Positions 24,160-37,782 of a stretch of 64,000 nt of DNA are shown piece after piece. The stretch's first letter is position 1. Every line of letters starts with the position of its first letter. The translations under genes and the position numbers were made by a program. The notes beneath the pieces were generated by a model. It was not told the DNA's origin. It saw only the letters and a program-made list of their open reading frames with translations, and ran no database searches. Source of the stretch: Amoebophrya sp. A120 (lineage: Eukaryota > Protista > Dinoflagellata); assembly GCA_905178155.1 (NCBI GenBank), contig CAJINV010000002.1:5265709-5329708 (forward strand), read 5' to 3'.

Positions 24160-26560
24160 TCACGTAAGATGAATAGGCAATTTATATGCGTCGCGTAGCG
24201 ATTATATCAGTTCACATGATCAAGCAAGAGGGCTGCACACTCCGACACCGGGCTGGCTGCCCGGTGTCGACCAGCTTCGGCTGGGTCTCTGTCCTTTTTC
24301 CAGAAATACCGCATTGTCTTGGCTCGCCTAGATTTTGCGTTTTTTCGTCTCTTCGGTTCTCGGAGAGTGGATATTTGACGGAGGAGTGTCTCGATGAGAA
24401 AGCGAGGCGTACTTGTGCGCCTCAGGCCTTCGCTCTGGTTCTGCTTCGCAGTTCCGCCTTGTCGTTTCCGGCGCTGCCGATCCTTAGCGTGGATCAATGC
24501 AGTGTGCGGCAAGCAAAGAGCTCCGGTGGTCCCGTTGCCATTGAGCTGCCCAAGCCATGGGCAGGTCAGAACAGACGGCGTGCGCCTTGCCGTGTGCACG
24601 TAGCTCGGCCCTACCGCCGAGCGCCAGGGCATTATCCTGACAGGGGGTGATGTCCCGGTGGGAAGGAAGTTGTTGTGCAGCTCTCACAGTGCGGAGAGAG
24701 AGTTCGCGTTCTTCGACTACCCTCCAGGCTATCTCCGTTCAGTGGTACACACACGTCGATGACGCGCTCTCGGTTCTCGCGAGCACCACTGGCCGGGGAG
24801 TGGAGAACCCGACTGCCCACGATGTGGGTGTAGCAGAGGTTCTTCACGCCGTTAGGGGCACAGGCCCGGCGTTATCTTGGCCTATTGGCCAGGCCCGCTA
24901 TCGGCAAGACACATCGGAAAACAGCGCAGCTTCGTCTGCGGCCTGCCGCTCTGTGTGTCGCGGGCGCTTCGCGATTCTGCTTGTCGATGCACGCCGCGAT
25001 GCGGCAGACATGCAGTAGCAAGGCGCTCGTCTGTCGTAAATGGATTCGCGCGAGCGGGGGCGCCGCGGTCCATTACGATGGGAAGGCCTCACTGAAGGCT
25101 GTGAAATAGCCACTGGTATCCTACTAGGGCGATGCCCGCAAGGTCCCTGTCACAGGGGTCCGGGGCCAGTGTAGCGGCAACCTACCGCAGCCGGCAAAAG
25201 ATCGCGCCGACGGTCATAAGCCGGGGCTAAGTACAGACAGACACACAGGAACACGAGGCAAAAAACAAGGCACCCCCGCGCCATGTATTTAGCCCCTGCC
25301 AATGGCAGGGGCCGCCCGATGGGCCGCATCACATACACACTACGATCTGACTACAAATAGAGTCACCGAAACGAAACGCAATGGTCTGCGTGCCCGATGG
25401 GCACGCAGATATATTAAGTACCAGGGCCAGCCCTCACACCACACCGCCCAGCACCCTGGACGCGCAACCCCACAGCCCCGCAGGCGCGGCGGTTTGTAGC
25501 AGTGGGTCGCATGCCTGGGGCGCAGGTTATTGCTGGTGTGTGCCTTCGCCTGCGCGTGTGACTTCGATGACGTCGCCTGCGGGTGCTGGGGTGGGGTTGG
25601 GCGTCCGCGACGTCGTTGTTGCTGCTCTTCGGAGCTCGTGACGCCTTCGTTGCAGCTTCCACATGGATGCTTGCTTACATCTTGCAGGGCATGTTGTAGG
25701 TAGCACTTCGTGTGGAAGTATCAGGTGTGCTGACACGGAAGGAGAGCTGAGGAGCGTGGCCTATCGGCTTCGCGACTCCGTCCTTCGCTCCTCGGCGTCG
25801 GTCCGCCGGTGTTGATTGCTTGAATGCAGTCGACGCAGTCGAGGGGTTCAGCGGTTGGTGTGGGGGCGAGAGGGAGCGCTGCATAGATGCTCTTTTGCTT
25901 CTGTGAACAGGTTCGTTCTTCTCCTGCTTCGGGGTCTCCCAGGAGATCCTGACTCATCCAACGGGCCTGGGGACGCTTTTGTGGCCTTTGCGAAATTTAA
26001 ACGAAACACAGCTACGACAGATAGCGTCTACTTACCGAGACGCGTGGTCGGTCGCGCAGTGCTTTGTGCTGCTTCCGCCACGAGAGGAGACCGCGGAACC
26101 CTCCCGGGCCTTACTTATTTAGTCACATTTGGGAGCACGCCCCCACTATCCTCACCCGGTTCCCGGGTTGTGTCGCGGGGATATGTCCCGGCACGATTCC
26201 ACAAGCCTCGCTACTTTGCTACGCCGCCCCGTGCGCCCTGCTCTCTGTCCCCGACAGTGCGGGCTGCCCCCTTTGTTTAGTCGCATTTGGGGAAGATATT
26301 CGGCGGTCCCAGTCGCGTCTCGCGGCTTGGGCCACCTCTATGTCCGGGGCATGGCTCTGTGGGGGTCGAGAGCCTGGCTTGCATGGCCTGCTACCCGTAG
26401 CTCGTTGTGCCGGCCGGGTTCTCTCTTGGCTGCCATTGTGACTGTCGCTCGAGGTCTTGCGACTATCACTGCGACGCGCTTCTGCACGTCATTCGCTTCC
26501 GTTGGTTGCGCGCGCGTTCACTCTATGGGTGAATTGCGCAGAGAAGGTGAAATTATATAC
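24160..26560. mobile_element. GC-rich non-genic block, possible degenerate retroelement or repeat
   Basis: No convincing host-style ORF; cluster of perfect hairpins at 25127-25409; weak motifs HVDD (+) and VIDVCVP (-) near 24750. Confidence 0.3.
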
Positions 26561-27021
26561 GGAGAACTTTTTTCATCGATTTCCCATAGAATCTTTCTAG
26601 TGTTGATAAATGTGTTGAAAGTAGATGGCGCTCCAGACATAGGATTCATTCCACTTGGTTTTCAAACACGAAGTTGGCACCAGGGAGCCGTATGAGCAGT
26701 GAAAGTCATTTTATTCATGTATCGCGCGAACTGAAAATTGAAAATATATGAAACGCATTGTAAGTAATTTGCGCAAGATAAAGCACTAACCCATTCATAT
26801 TGTATCGAATAGAAGCCAGACCCAGAAGAACATATGAAAAACACGATTGCCGCAGGAGCGCACGCAGTTTTCCTGACTGCAAGATACGTCGTCGGTTCAA
26901 AAGTTGAAGTAAAATTAGTAAAGATTAAGCTCCTCCTGCGAGCGCACAACTGATTTTCCGCAAGAGCCGTTTCTCTGTTACTCTTCTTCCAGCGAACGTG
27001 AATCAATAGAGGAAAATCAAA

Positions 27022-29652
27022 ATGCCAAGTTCCTCCTCGCTCACCGGGCGGGGATGTCCGTCTGCGAGTAGCAGCACTAGTAGCAAACCCGTACTACTTC
27101 GAGTTCCAGAACCAGAAAGACCAAAAAGACGAAGAAATACGGACGAGCAGGCGGCCGTGCGGTATGCAGATCCTAATAGCACATCATCACCACGAAGTGC
27201 ACTCTCATCGTCAGAGACCCGGTCGCAGCGCAGGAACGAACCACGGAAACATGGCAAGAACGAAAAGAAAGAGCGAAAGCGGAAGGAGGAGCGAGAGTCG
27301 AATCGGAATAAAGAGCGCTACGAAAACCGCGGGAATTTTTATGATGTTGAAGAAAGAGAGGTCGGTCGCGTTCGCAAATCACGGTCTAAAAAGCCTTCCA
27401 GTGTAGTGCTAAGTGGCAGTAGCGACGAAGGAGCGTGGTCAACTACAACACAGCCGGGCCGCAGCAATCATCGTGACGACAAAAAGAAAAAAAGCAAAAA
27501 AGAGCGGAAGCACGAACATGAAGACGCCCCGCAGCTGACAACTCGGCTGCCGACGACTGAACATAATTCGAGAAAAAGTCGAGCGGTGTCCTTTGACCTA
27601 CCCCTTACTTCTTCCAGTGGCAGTGACGATGGGGCGGGGAACAGCAGTGTCGAGCGTGATTTTCGGAAGCTCGAAGAGAACCTTGAGAAAAAGGCTGGTA
27701 GGTCACATCAACACAAAATTCGCCGCGGCCCTCGACACGGCAGTGACTCCCGTAGGGACGAGACGGACTACTGCAGGCCGCGAGAAAAGAAGGACAAGGA
27801 AATGAAAAAACATCGACATGGGAAAGAGACAAAGACCTCAGCGGGGCAAAAATCAAGAAGGCGAGAGGAGTATGTGGAGGACAGTTCTTTCACCTACCGC
27901 AGGAGAAGACGCCATGGACAGAGCGACGCGACCACGGACTCCATGCAGTCTGGTCAAGATCCGAATGCGTGCGGGAGCAATGTATAATTGTCGAGCTTGT
28001 TATTTGAATTTGATTGCGTGCCTTGCTACCGAGACCGACCCATCGTGATGGATAAATCGAAAGCACTGCCCATATGCATATGGTAATTCATTCTGCTTTC
28101 AAGGTATGTAGTCACTACTTGTCTCTCTTTTGAAACTGAAACAGAGGCTGACAAGTTGTAGTTGTTTGCGTTTCACCATTATCAGGAATTTGTTGAACAA
28201 AGGCAAGAGCGACGACGAAAGGAGCAGCCACTTCGCGGCTCTGCGATATTGAGCAGAGAGGGCGGCACAAATAGCCAGCGGAAACAAGCGAAAAGCTCTC
28301 GGCGAGTGCGATTTGTTGCCGATGAAGAAGGTGACGTTGACGAAGTAGTCGAAGTTCGATTATCTACTTCAGATATGATTAATCTTCCCGCACCGACTGT
28401 TCCAGAACGTGCACCGGGAAGATGTCTTCCGCCCGACGACACCAAGGTCGTGGAAACAGATGTAGGTCCGCTTCCGCTCGTTGGTAGGGAGCTGTCTTTC
28501 TCGTCATCCTCCAGTTCTTCCGGAGGTATTGTGGAGGGGGATGAAGAACAAGCCGATGAGAGAACGATGAGTCCTTTTCCCCGGCCTGGCACGGTGCAGC
28601 TTGTTGGCGTTTCACAAACGAGCAGCAACAGTGGTGGTAAAAACACCATCAGCACGAGCAACAAGAAGTCGCTCGTGGGAGCAGACCACGACTGCAATAG
28701 CATCGACACTAAGGATCATGCGCCCCCTACCCCTTCATCTGCAGCAAAGAAGGAAACTGGAAGTGTTAGAAATGCTGGCGCGACGAGATCTACAAACTCG
28801 GACTTGTTTGCTCCCGACGCGAAAGATACGACTCTTCCCGTCGTAACCAGCACAACGAGCACCAGGGCATCAGGCACTTCGGCGCTGTTTGATATTCACT
28901 CCGCATCTGGATCTGCACGCTCTTCCGCCAGAACGAGTCCGGTGGACGATCTTGAAAATGAACATCAGACTTTCATCACTGATACTGTTGACTGCGGTCC
29001 AAAGGAACAGAAAGAGGAAGTGCCAGACCAAACAGCGGCCTGGTATGCGGAGGAGGAAGGCGGAGCTGGTAGAGGTAATCGCGGCACAACTGCTGAATTG
29101 ACGATAAACATTGTGGAATGCGATCGAAGATTAGATGCCGGCGCGTCTTCAGCGATTTGTTGTACTTCAACGACATCGAAGCAGATCCACCAGGAACTAC
29201 AAGGCCTTCCTCAAATCACCTCGCTCCTGCCTGGTGCACGCCGGCCTTGGTGGGAGGAAGAAGGTGGAGAGCATCAGGGTGAAGAAGCTGCTGGTCGCGA
29301 CTCAGGAAACGACGCTGCCCGCAGAAGTAGTGCCAGCAGTTCAGAATCAGACACAGACACAGAAACATCGTCATCCTCGCTCTCCTCATCAGAGCAGCAT
29401 TCCTTTCATGACCCAGGAAGGGATCCCCTGGCGTCGCCTGCTGCGCTCTCGTCACATGGTGATCATGGGCGACGACACTCCAAGTCAGGTCAAAACCGTG
29501 CGGGCGGATCAAACCAGGTTGATGCGTCGTCCTCCTCCGCTAGAGCAGCACATGGTGGGCGAGCCATTTTTACCCGGAGACGGAGAAAGAGCCCACTCTG
29601 CGGCCGCTTACCCCATCCGGACATGCATCCTGGCGGCTTTGCGCCAATTTGA
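27022..29652 (+). CDS. Low-complexity Ser/Arg/Lys-rich hypothetical protein (probably two exons)
   Basis: ORFs 27022..27987 and 28162..29652 separated by an AT-richer intron-like gap; junction not verified. Confidence 0.6.
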
Positions 29653-31459
29653 CGGGGTCGACCGCGCGAAGCAGGTCAGGTAGAGTGCCCCGGCCGGCGG
29701 TTTGGGTTCTGATCCCCTGCAATGCCCTGCAGCATGGCGGCGGTGTGTGTGGCGCAGCGACTGAGTAAGTAAGTACATAGGCAAGGCCCGGGCGGACCAC
29801 CGCGGGCGATCCTCATTCTCGAAAAAGCTATGAAAGCTATGCAAAAGAAAACAAGGAAAGGGCACGCCGAAGCGCGTCGCCGTCGCCCGTCACAGAATAA
29901 GTAGCGCTCCTCTTTGCTGCGTGCGCAAAATCTATCACTCCCCACGTTCCGTGGAGCTCATTCAATTCTACACGACTTGTGATCCTTTGCAAGGATCACA
30001 AGTCGTGTAGACGACCGGCGCACACGAAAGTTGCTTGCGCGTGGCATTGAATTGCTGCCGCCACGAGCACAGTTTTGCATCACCTGCGACGTTATTGATA
30101 AATGCATTCTCCACTTCTGTTCGCGTTCCTCTTGGTTTGCAACTGCAACGAAGAACATCTTTTTTTCGAACGCGTCCGAGAGATGAATTGTTTTTTCGAC
30201 TCCACAAAAAATCGGTTGTTTCTTCTTGTGTACCAGAGAGGCGTGTTGTTGCGCACTAGAGAGCGGGGATTTTCGTTTTTGTTTATTCATTGTTTCTTGT
30301 CTGTGCATATGCATATGCTACCCCACAGCCACAAGATTACAGAGGAGACGACCAGCAAGAGAGCGGATGATGGATATCCCGGCGGTTAGTCTTTCTTTCT
30401 TTGCTGCTTACATAAATAAAAACCGAGTCACGAGACAAAAGTAGCGGGCGATATCGTCCTTTCACAGTGTAGAATTGCAGCGAATCTGTGTGTACTATCT
30501 GAGCTTTGACTCTCCACCGTATCAGCACAGCAATTCCGTTGAATTCTCACTTGAGTTGCAGCAACAAACCGTCACTGCGGCTTGCATGACTTCACGCATC
30601 CCCTAGAAAATAACACCCACATCACTTACTATTGCACCCCTCAAGAAAGTACAATTCAGACCAAACGTTGAGTTGGAAACCGCAAAGAGCGTCAGAGGAA
30701 TCAAATACTTAACAAGTCGAAGAAATCTGCATCACCAAATAAAACTTCTAGCAAGCACGAGAGTAGTATTTAGAAGTTGTCACTAGAAGTCCGAAGTGTC
30801 GCTTCATTACGGCACCGTCTGCTTCGCTACAAAGAATCGAAAAGGAACAAGCTCCGAGTCTTGTTTCTGTCCGCGACAAACGCAAACCGAAAAATATACC
30901 GTTTTCTGTCGTTCGGAAAAAAGTTCTGCAGAACGCAAAAAAAAAAAACACAATGGGTTGCGGTGCGAGCACTGTTGCGGGCGCGCAGGTCATCGAACCC
31001 TCGGCAAACCCGGTCTTGTTAAAGCCGGATCATAATGCGGGAGAGACGAAGAATCAAGGTAATTTATTACTACAGTAGGCACTTCAGATAGAAAACATAT
31101 GTTTTTTCCACGGCCCAATTTTCTTGATGATGTTCTTTTCGTAATTGTATTCGTTATCGTTTTCTTCAAGTACGTTTTCTGCCTTTCTCTCTGCCTTGAT
31201 GCACACTCATTGCCATTGTCCTTCAGATCATACCGCCGAGCAAGAAGTGTCCAAGCCGACTGTGGCCGCACCCGCCGTGCTGGAAATGAACGCCATATGG
31301 CACTCTCAAATGTTACATGGGTCGCCGTTATAGGACTTGACTTGTCATGCAAACATACTATCTCTATCACCCATAGTACCCTCGCCCTGCTGCGAGACGA
31401 GCAAAAAGCTTTCTCCTTTCACGTTTGCTACAACTCTTGCAAAAAAACGAGGGCAGTCA

Positions 31460-33548
31460 ATGGAACGCTTGAGAACGCCATACGCTACCAGTGAGCCGAC
31501 CACGATCCAGCAGGAGAGCAATTCGAACAACGAGGAGAGTTATCCTAGATGAACTCTGTGTTGTTCACCATCATGATGATGTTCACCCTCAATTTCTGAT
31601 GCAAGTACAGGTAAAAAAAAAGACAAAATCAAAAGCTAGATCAAGTCTAATATGCATTTCACGCATGACAACCTGAGGGTCGTCCTCGTCGTGATGGTGA
31701 ACAAGAAAATCTGTCAGGATACGCGTGGCCGCAACACCGAGCAGGATCAGGACTCCAACGAGCGGTCCCTGTCGTTGGGCATCAACCAGGTGCAGCAGGC
31801 GTTAGAAGTAGTACAGGCTCCGGAGCAAGCCGTGACGTCTGCCGTCGAGGCCGCGGTGGCGGTGGCTGAGGCGTGTGTGGTATCAACTGTAAAAATGTCT
31901 GGGTCTGGAAGAATTCATGTTTGTCATGCTTGTCTTGCATGACTCTTAAATCTGTCATGCACGTTACCCAAGAGCTGCGTTTTTCTGTGATGCAGAAGCG
32001 CAGTTTGTCATGCAGAATAGGCAACACCTAGGAGCTCAGAAACTTGCCATGCTGAGCCAGCATTTGTAGCCTCATCATGAGACGCTACCCAGCATCACAA
32101 GTTCCAAGACCCAGACATTTTTGCATTTGATATGTGGAGGAGGAGACCCTGGTTGCAGCGGCCCTGGAAGCGGAGGCGGTGGTCGAGGAGAAGGTGGAGG
32201 AGGCAGTCGTGGTCGAGGAGGAGGAGCCGAAGAAAGTGGAATCTGCGCAGGAAGACATCATCCATGAACAGGCGGCCGAGGAGGTGGCGCAAGAAGAAAA
32301 GCCGGTGGTGGTCGAAGAGATGATGAATGCAACACCGGTCGCTGTCGAGGAGGAGGAGTCGAAACCTATGCATTGCAAATTTATGGCTGGGTCACTTGCG
32401 ATGGTAATTCTGGAGCAGATAAAGAATCTGTGTTGCATAGCCAGCCTAAGAATCTGCTATTTTTGTCTACCGGAGCAGGCGAGGGCATCGCATTTTTCAT
32501 GTTGGTCAGGTATAATTGAGAAGTCTCCGTACTAGAACTTGGTATGCTCTTTGTGCAATGTGGATAAAAAATTCAAGCAGATTCGGGAACTGCATGACAC
32601 GCTCAAACTTCTGCAGTCTTCCAGAGAGACCGAGATGAGATATTTGCAAGGCATAATTCCGGTCGTGGTGGAGCAAGAGGCGGAGGCTGCTGTGGTCGAG
32701 TCATCTGAAGAGCCGGTGGCCGAGTCATCTGAAGAGCCAGTCCTGGTCGAGGCCTCCGAGGAACCAGTGGTCGAATCAAAGGAACCGGTGGTCGAATCCG
32801 ACCCGGTGGTCGAGTCCGCCGAACCAGTTATCCTCGAGTCCTCCGAAGAACCGGCCGCGGAGGGTGAAACCGAGGTCGTGCCCGCACTACCGCAAGAAAA
32901 AGCTGCTTGTGCTTCGCTGTGAACTTGCAATCATGCACAGAATGATCCCACAGCACACAAGTATACTTGTCTTGCTCCTGGAAAGGCAAGACCTTGGATC
33001 ATGTGTAACTGTGTTTTCTACCCTTGCTGGGAAGCGCGCAAGGCTGAGTTTCTGTTTGTTTCATGTGTACAGAACAGACTTGTGATGCAGATCCTGCAAA
33101 ATCACCACAATGAAGCAGTTTTTTCTTGGGATATCCCACTGTCGTGGAGGAAACCGAGGTGCCCGCCGTGGTGGAGGAGACCACCGAGGCGCCCGCTGTG
33201 GTGGACGCGGAGACCACCGAGGCGCCCGCTGCTGCGGTCCTGGAGGACCAGACCGAGGTGCCCGCTGCTACAGCCGTGGAGGAGCCCAGCACGAACGCGG
33301 TCGTCGAGACAACTGCGGAGGAAGAAGTCGCGGCTGTGGAGGAGGAGGTCGCGGCTGTGGAGGCCCCAGTGGTGGTCGAGGAAAGCGCTGCGGCGGTGGT
33401 GGTCGAGGAAAGTCCTGCGGCGGTGGTGGCCGAGGAGGAGACCACACAGGAGCAGGTCGACGCGGCTGTGGAAGTGGAGGAAGCGGAGACCGCGGCCCCC
33501 GAGGAAGCGGAAGCCGCTCCGGCCGAGGAGGCGGGCGAGGAAGAGTAG
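31460..33548 (+). CDS. Glu/Val/Ala-rich repeat protein (VVEE / EEPVVES repeats); 4 introners
   Basis: ORFs 31337, 31652, 32134, 32539 and 33126 join in frame after removing each element plus 5 nt. Confidence 0.8.
31541..31721. mobile_element. Degenerate introner
   Basis: TATCCT...CAGGATA ends; DR AGAGT/CGCGT; 186-nt in-frame removal. Confidence 0.6.
31881..32132. mobile_element. Introner family A
   Basis: TIRs; perfect DR TGTGG; frame restored; reverse orientation relative to 47128. Confidence 0.93.
32367..32655. mobile_element. Degenerate introner (A-like)
   Basis: TATGCATTGCAAAT / ATTTGCAAGGCATA; DR AAACC/ATTCC; 294-nt in-frame removal. Confidence 0.8.
32888..33133. mobile_element. Introner family C
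   Basis: TACCGCAAGAAAAAGCTGCTT / AAGCAGTTTTTTCTTGGGATA; similar to 59337; DR degraded; 251-nt removal restores frame. Confidence 0.8.
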
Positions 33549-35025
33549 AACGGGTAGGTGCGGAGTTCACAGTCGCATCTCGTCGAAAATGTTTTTCGAG
33601 AAGGAAATTTTTGTTCACCGGACGATATTAAAAGCTTTTCGGAGTCAAAGCGTCGAATACTAAATCATCGGTATAAAATCTTCAGGAAAACGAAAACCTT
33701 CAACAAACTGAAATTGGAAATTGATAAACATACTTCGCTCTTCGTCTTCTCAACCTCACAAACAACTGAAAACCAACAAAGCTTCCACCTATTTTTTTGC
33801 CATCGACCACCAGTTTATAATTGACAGGATATGTGTTACAGGTCTAGAAGTAGCGACTTCTTCTCCGAGGATATTCTCTGCGCGAGAAGCTAGATTTACA
33901 CTTTTTTATCACCCACTTTTGTTTCAGTTTCAAAACTCAAGCGCCAACTTGAATTTCCATTTTACCTTGTTTCAACTACAAATTGATGATATTCCTGATG
34001 TCGTTTCGCTCTTCAAATGAAATTCGCGTTTCAGTTTCAGAAATTCATGAATGTCATGTTGCCGCCGCGGCCTCCTGGTCGTCGGGGTGCACACCCACGT
34101 TATATTTACATGTTTCAAAAATTCACAATTTTCGGGGTACTTTTAGCACAGATCATCATCATAATATTATCGAATGAATACCAGTTTTTTTCATGTTTGA
34201 TGTCATAGCATTGTACAGGTGTTTCAGATTCAATGCCAGGAAATAAAGCAGCAACACCAGCACAGCACACAGAAATTTTCCCTGAATGAGAGTGACCGCT
34301 TTGTTTCGGGTCAACTTCAACACCACCATATTAAAATTTACCTTGTTTAATTCTGTACAGAGAGGTTGTTTTTCAATTTCAACACATGAATGTCATCGAA
34401 TCGCCATCTTTCCATACCGATGCTTAGGTACTCAATCAGGGAACTTATAGCAAATTCAACATCAACGCGTTTACGTTTTGGAAAAGCAATGCACAGGAAT
34501 CACGCCTCCTAAAAAGTTGGCGCACAAAGTAGTACGTGCTAATGCGGTCTGGAAACAAAATCAACAGAAGTAGGAACCCGTTAACGGAAGTGGCGCATGG
34601 TCATGGAATGCCCTCTGATTTTTCCACGAGGACTCGACTTGAAATGTGGGGAAAAGTCAAATCGTATGAAAGCACACGGTTGAATCGACAAAATTTAGTT
34701 CTCATGATTTTTCCATGTTTCTTGACCAAGACAAAAAATAAATGTGGAAGAGATTTCGAGCCCGAACAAGGCGAAGACGACGTGGGAGGCAGCACATGTA
34801 GCGAGCCCTTGATACACCACGTAGCTTTTGTTCGTCATCTGCACGAAGTCAGGGCAGGGCATTCTTCGTCCCTAGAGTCATAGTCAGTTTTATGCGTTTG
34901 CAAATCGAAATTCTATCCTAGAGATGTTGACAGTACGCGCACTTACGTTAATGACAGAGAAGTTATATTAGTTAAAAGTCGATTTTGGTGCCTTGGTCAA
35001 ACTCGGCAATCAAACAACAGTGACG

Positions 35026-36425
35026 ATGGCCACCCGTTTCTCCACATCCTCATTGTCCTCTTTGATCTTGAAGCTCTGCCTGGTTTATCACGTCTTCGTC
35101 CGACTGCTTTTAACCTTGCTACACGACTTTCCAGACTACCAAATTGGGTTCATTCGCTCCGTCGCTGTCGTATTGAACGTTTATTGAGAAGAAAAATCCC
35201 CCCTCCCCATATTGACAAGGTACGTTTCCGAAAATTTGTGTTGCTGATTTGTGACCACAAATCTCGTCTGTCTTGCAAGAAGGCAACTCCACAATCCCGC
35301 AGCATTATGCAGGCGGTTTGTGATGCTGATGGGCCTACAGCGCGGGCGTTTCTCATGCAAGACGCCTAGACCAAAACCGCTCTACTTAGGCTCAGTAGGG
35401 GCCTGCATTCCTCTCCAGCGCGACAGAGCTGATTTGTGTACGTCAGAAATTTCGTTGTGATATGGGGAGGGGGGATTTTTCCTTTTGATAACGTTTTCTG
35501 CTTTTTCATCAACGCGGCGTTTGGGGTCACACCGAGAATCTTGGCGGGAGCCGGAGCAGGTTCAGTCGCGAAGAACAAGACAAGTAGTAGAACCCGTGCC
35601 AGTGACGGGGATCATCAAGATGTCGAGGTGATGGGACGAGCGCCAGAACTGAGCGGACTTGCTCCTGTTGCTGGTGTACAAGAAATAAAACCTGCAGGTC
35701 GGCAGGCAAGCGTAGGCGACCTCGAGGTCGATCCACCAAATGCAGAGGACTGCACTCGAAGTATGGCCCGAAAGGAAATTGTTGAAACATTTGGCGAGAT
35801 GAATGAAGAGGACGCTTCTGGCCTTGAAGATGATACTTCTCCACCAGCAGAAGATGGTCCTCGTCAGCTACACGCAAAAAAATTTTCACCAGACGTCGTT
35901 GAAAGCCTCCAACTTCTGGCACGAATGGGCTTTGTGTTTTCGCAAGTTCTGTACGGTTTTGGCTGCGTGGGCTACTTTGTGTTTTTGTACACGATGTTCG
36001 GCGATCTATTTTATCCGGGCGACAAATTGTATCCGGTAGATGGAAGAAGAACAACACAACTCTCTGCTGAAGAGTCGCCAATGCAGCAGCTCCTATCGAC
36101 GGATTCGCACGCAGCTTCATCTTTGTCGCGAATAAGCGGAGAAGCTCGTGAAGAAAACTTTGACTCCCTCTCCGTTCACGCGGCCCACCGAGCGGCGAAG
36201 CTAGTTGGGATAGAGAAGTACTTTCAAACGTTTGCTTCGATTTTCACCTGTTTAAGTGCGGTTTTTGGAGCCATAATTGCGGATCTCATGATTGACGAAG
36301 TACAGGACCACCAAAGTGATGCACATTCGCATGGTGATTCATTCGCTCGGAAATTTTGTTTGGAAAGAGTAGTAAGAACGCTCTCTCTGCCGCAGGATGA
36401 TAACACTGCGAAGAAAAATAAGTAG
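35026..36425 (+). CDS. Multi-pass membrane protein, one introner
   Basis: ORFs 34993 and 35436 join (VVLNV-FCFF) after 314-nt removal; several hydrophobic segments; may continue into 36992..37654. Confidence 0.7.
35182..35490. mobile_element. Introner family B (reverse orientation)
   Basis: TIRs; perfect DR ACGTT; internal sequence is the reverse complement of 62274-62594. Confidence 0.93.
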
Positions 36426-36991
36426 ATGAAGGCCCTTTAGTAAGTAGGCAATGTTGACGATGCTGGCAAGTAGAACATCATGCAAGTAGAGCAAGATGAA
36501 AGGTTTGGAGCCAAGTTTTTCCAGCCCCTGCTTCTTCAAGCGGTAGATTTTCGTACTCCGGATATTTCTCCGATCCACATCCAAGCGAAGATGCTGCCGA
36601 GTGCGCGGTTACGCTTTGCTGGCACGTAGCTTCAGCATGTTGATCAGTCTCTGACTCTGTGTTGTCGCACGACCTTGCTCACCTTCGAGGTCGTGCAGCC
36701 TCCGTCTGAGATGAAATAGAACGCACGAAAGGTCGAGCGTCTTGAGAACATCAAGCGTACTTTCAGCATAAGAAGTAGCTTGCTAAGCTGGCAGAGAGAT
36801 GAAGACGGGCCTTGTCTACTGCCGCTGATTTCTGATAGAAACTCTTGAGCGTCATCTAATCCACTAGAAGCGAGGGTGCGAAACAGCATGGTGAGAGAAG
36901 TTTCTACTAACGCGGTCTCCGTCGAGAGAACAAAAAATGTCGCTGTACTTGATGTTCCCCTCCACGTAAATAAAGTAGACCTTCTTGTCCA

Positions 36992-37654
36992 GTGATTCTG
37001 AGTCCAATTATGGTATTGCAAGATGACTTTGGCACGACTGGAGTGGCAGATTTGTTCATAAGGGACCAACAAGGCGCACAAACGCGAGAGCAGGATTTGA
37101 TTTCGCGAACCTCTACCCGGGTGGGCAACTTACGCGGACAACAATCCGCTTCGCAAGACCCGGAACTGCAGCAGCACCAGCAGAAGGAGGTTGGTTGGGG
37201 CACCGTCGGATTTCTGATTGTGATAATTCTCCTTTTCGCGGGCGTGCAGTGCTTCATCCTGTACTATTCAAATGAGTACGACAAGAAAAAAAGGTACGAG
37301 CAGTGGCTGCGCCAGAGGGGGTCTCTGCTGAGGAATCACAGTGGAAACAACGGCTCCTCGTCGGGGACCAACAGTTTAAACAATTCGAACCGGCGACGGG
37401 TCCTGAACGCAACTCCTTTAACGCCCATCCTCGAGGGCACCGAGCTGGCCAAAGGAGAGCAGCAGGACGAGAACACGGATTTGCCTTCGACTTTGTCGCC
37501 GCCAGGGGCATCTACTTCTAGTGCCGGTACTGGGGCGCCGAGCGTCGAGTTAGCTTCTCCAACGACGACAACGCCTGGTGGAGGTTTTTCCTCGGGCATT
37601 GCTGCAGGCGCAAGAACAGCTTCCTCGCTCGTACAGAAGAAGGTTCCGCTGTGA
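36992..37654 (+). CDS. TM-containing exon or ORF (possibly 3' exon of the preceding gene)
   Basis: 220-aa ORF with TM segment GWGTVGFLIVIILLFAGVQCFILYY. Confidence 0.6.
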   Translation: MILSPIMVLQDDFGTTGVADLFIRDQQGAQTREQDLISRTSTRVGNLRGQQSASQDPELQQHQQKEVGWGTVGFLIVIILLFAGVQCFILYYSNEYDKKKRYEQWLRQRGSLLRNHSGNNGSSSGTNSLNNSNRRRVLNATPLTPILEGTELAKGEQQDENTDLPSTLSPPGASTSSAGTGAPSVELASPTTTTPGGGFSSGIAAGARTASSLVQKKVPL

Positions 37655-37782
37655 TTGAATCATCTCGGAGCAGCTGTTTTCATCGTCTGTCGTGCTGACA
37701 GCAAAGAAGAAAGGAATAGACGAACTTCTCGTCTTGTAGAACTTCTAGCAGGAGAGGAGCGCTACTACGAGAAGGAAAAACC

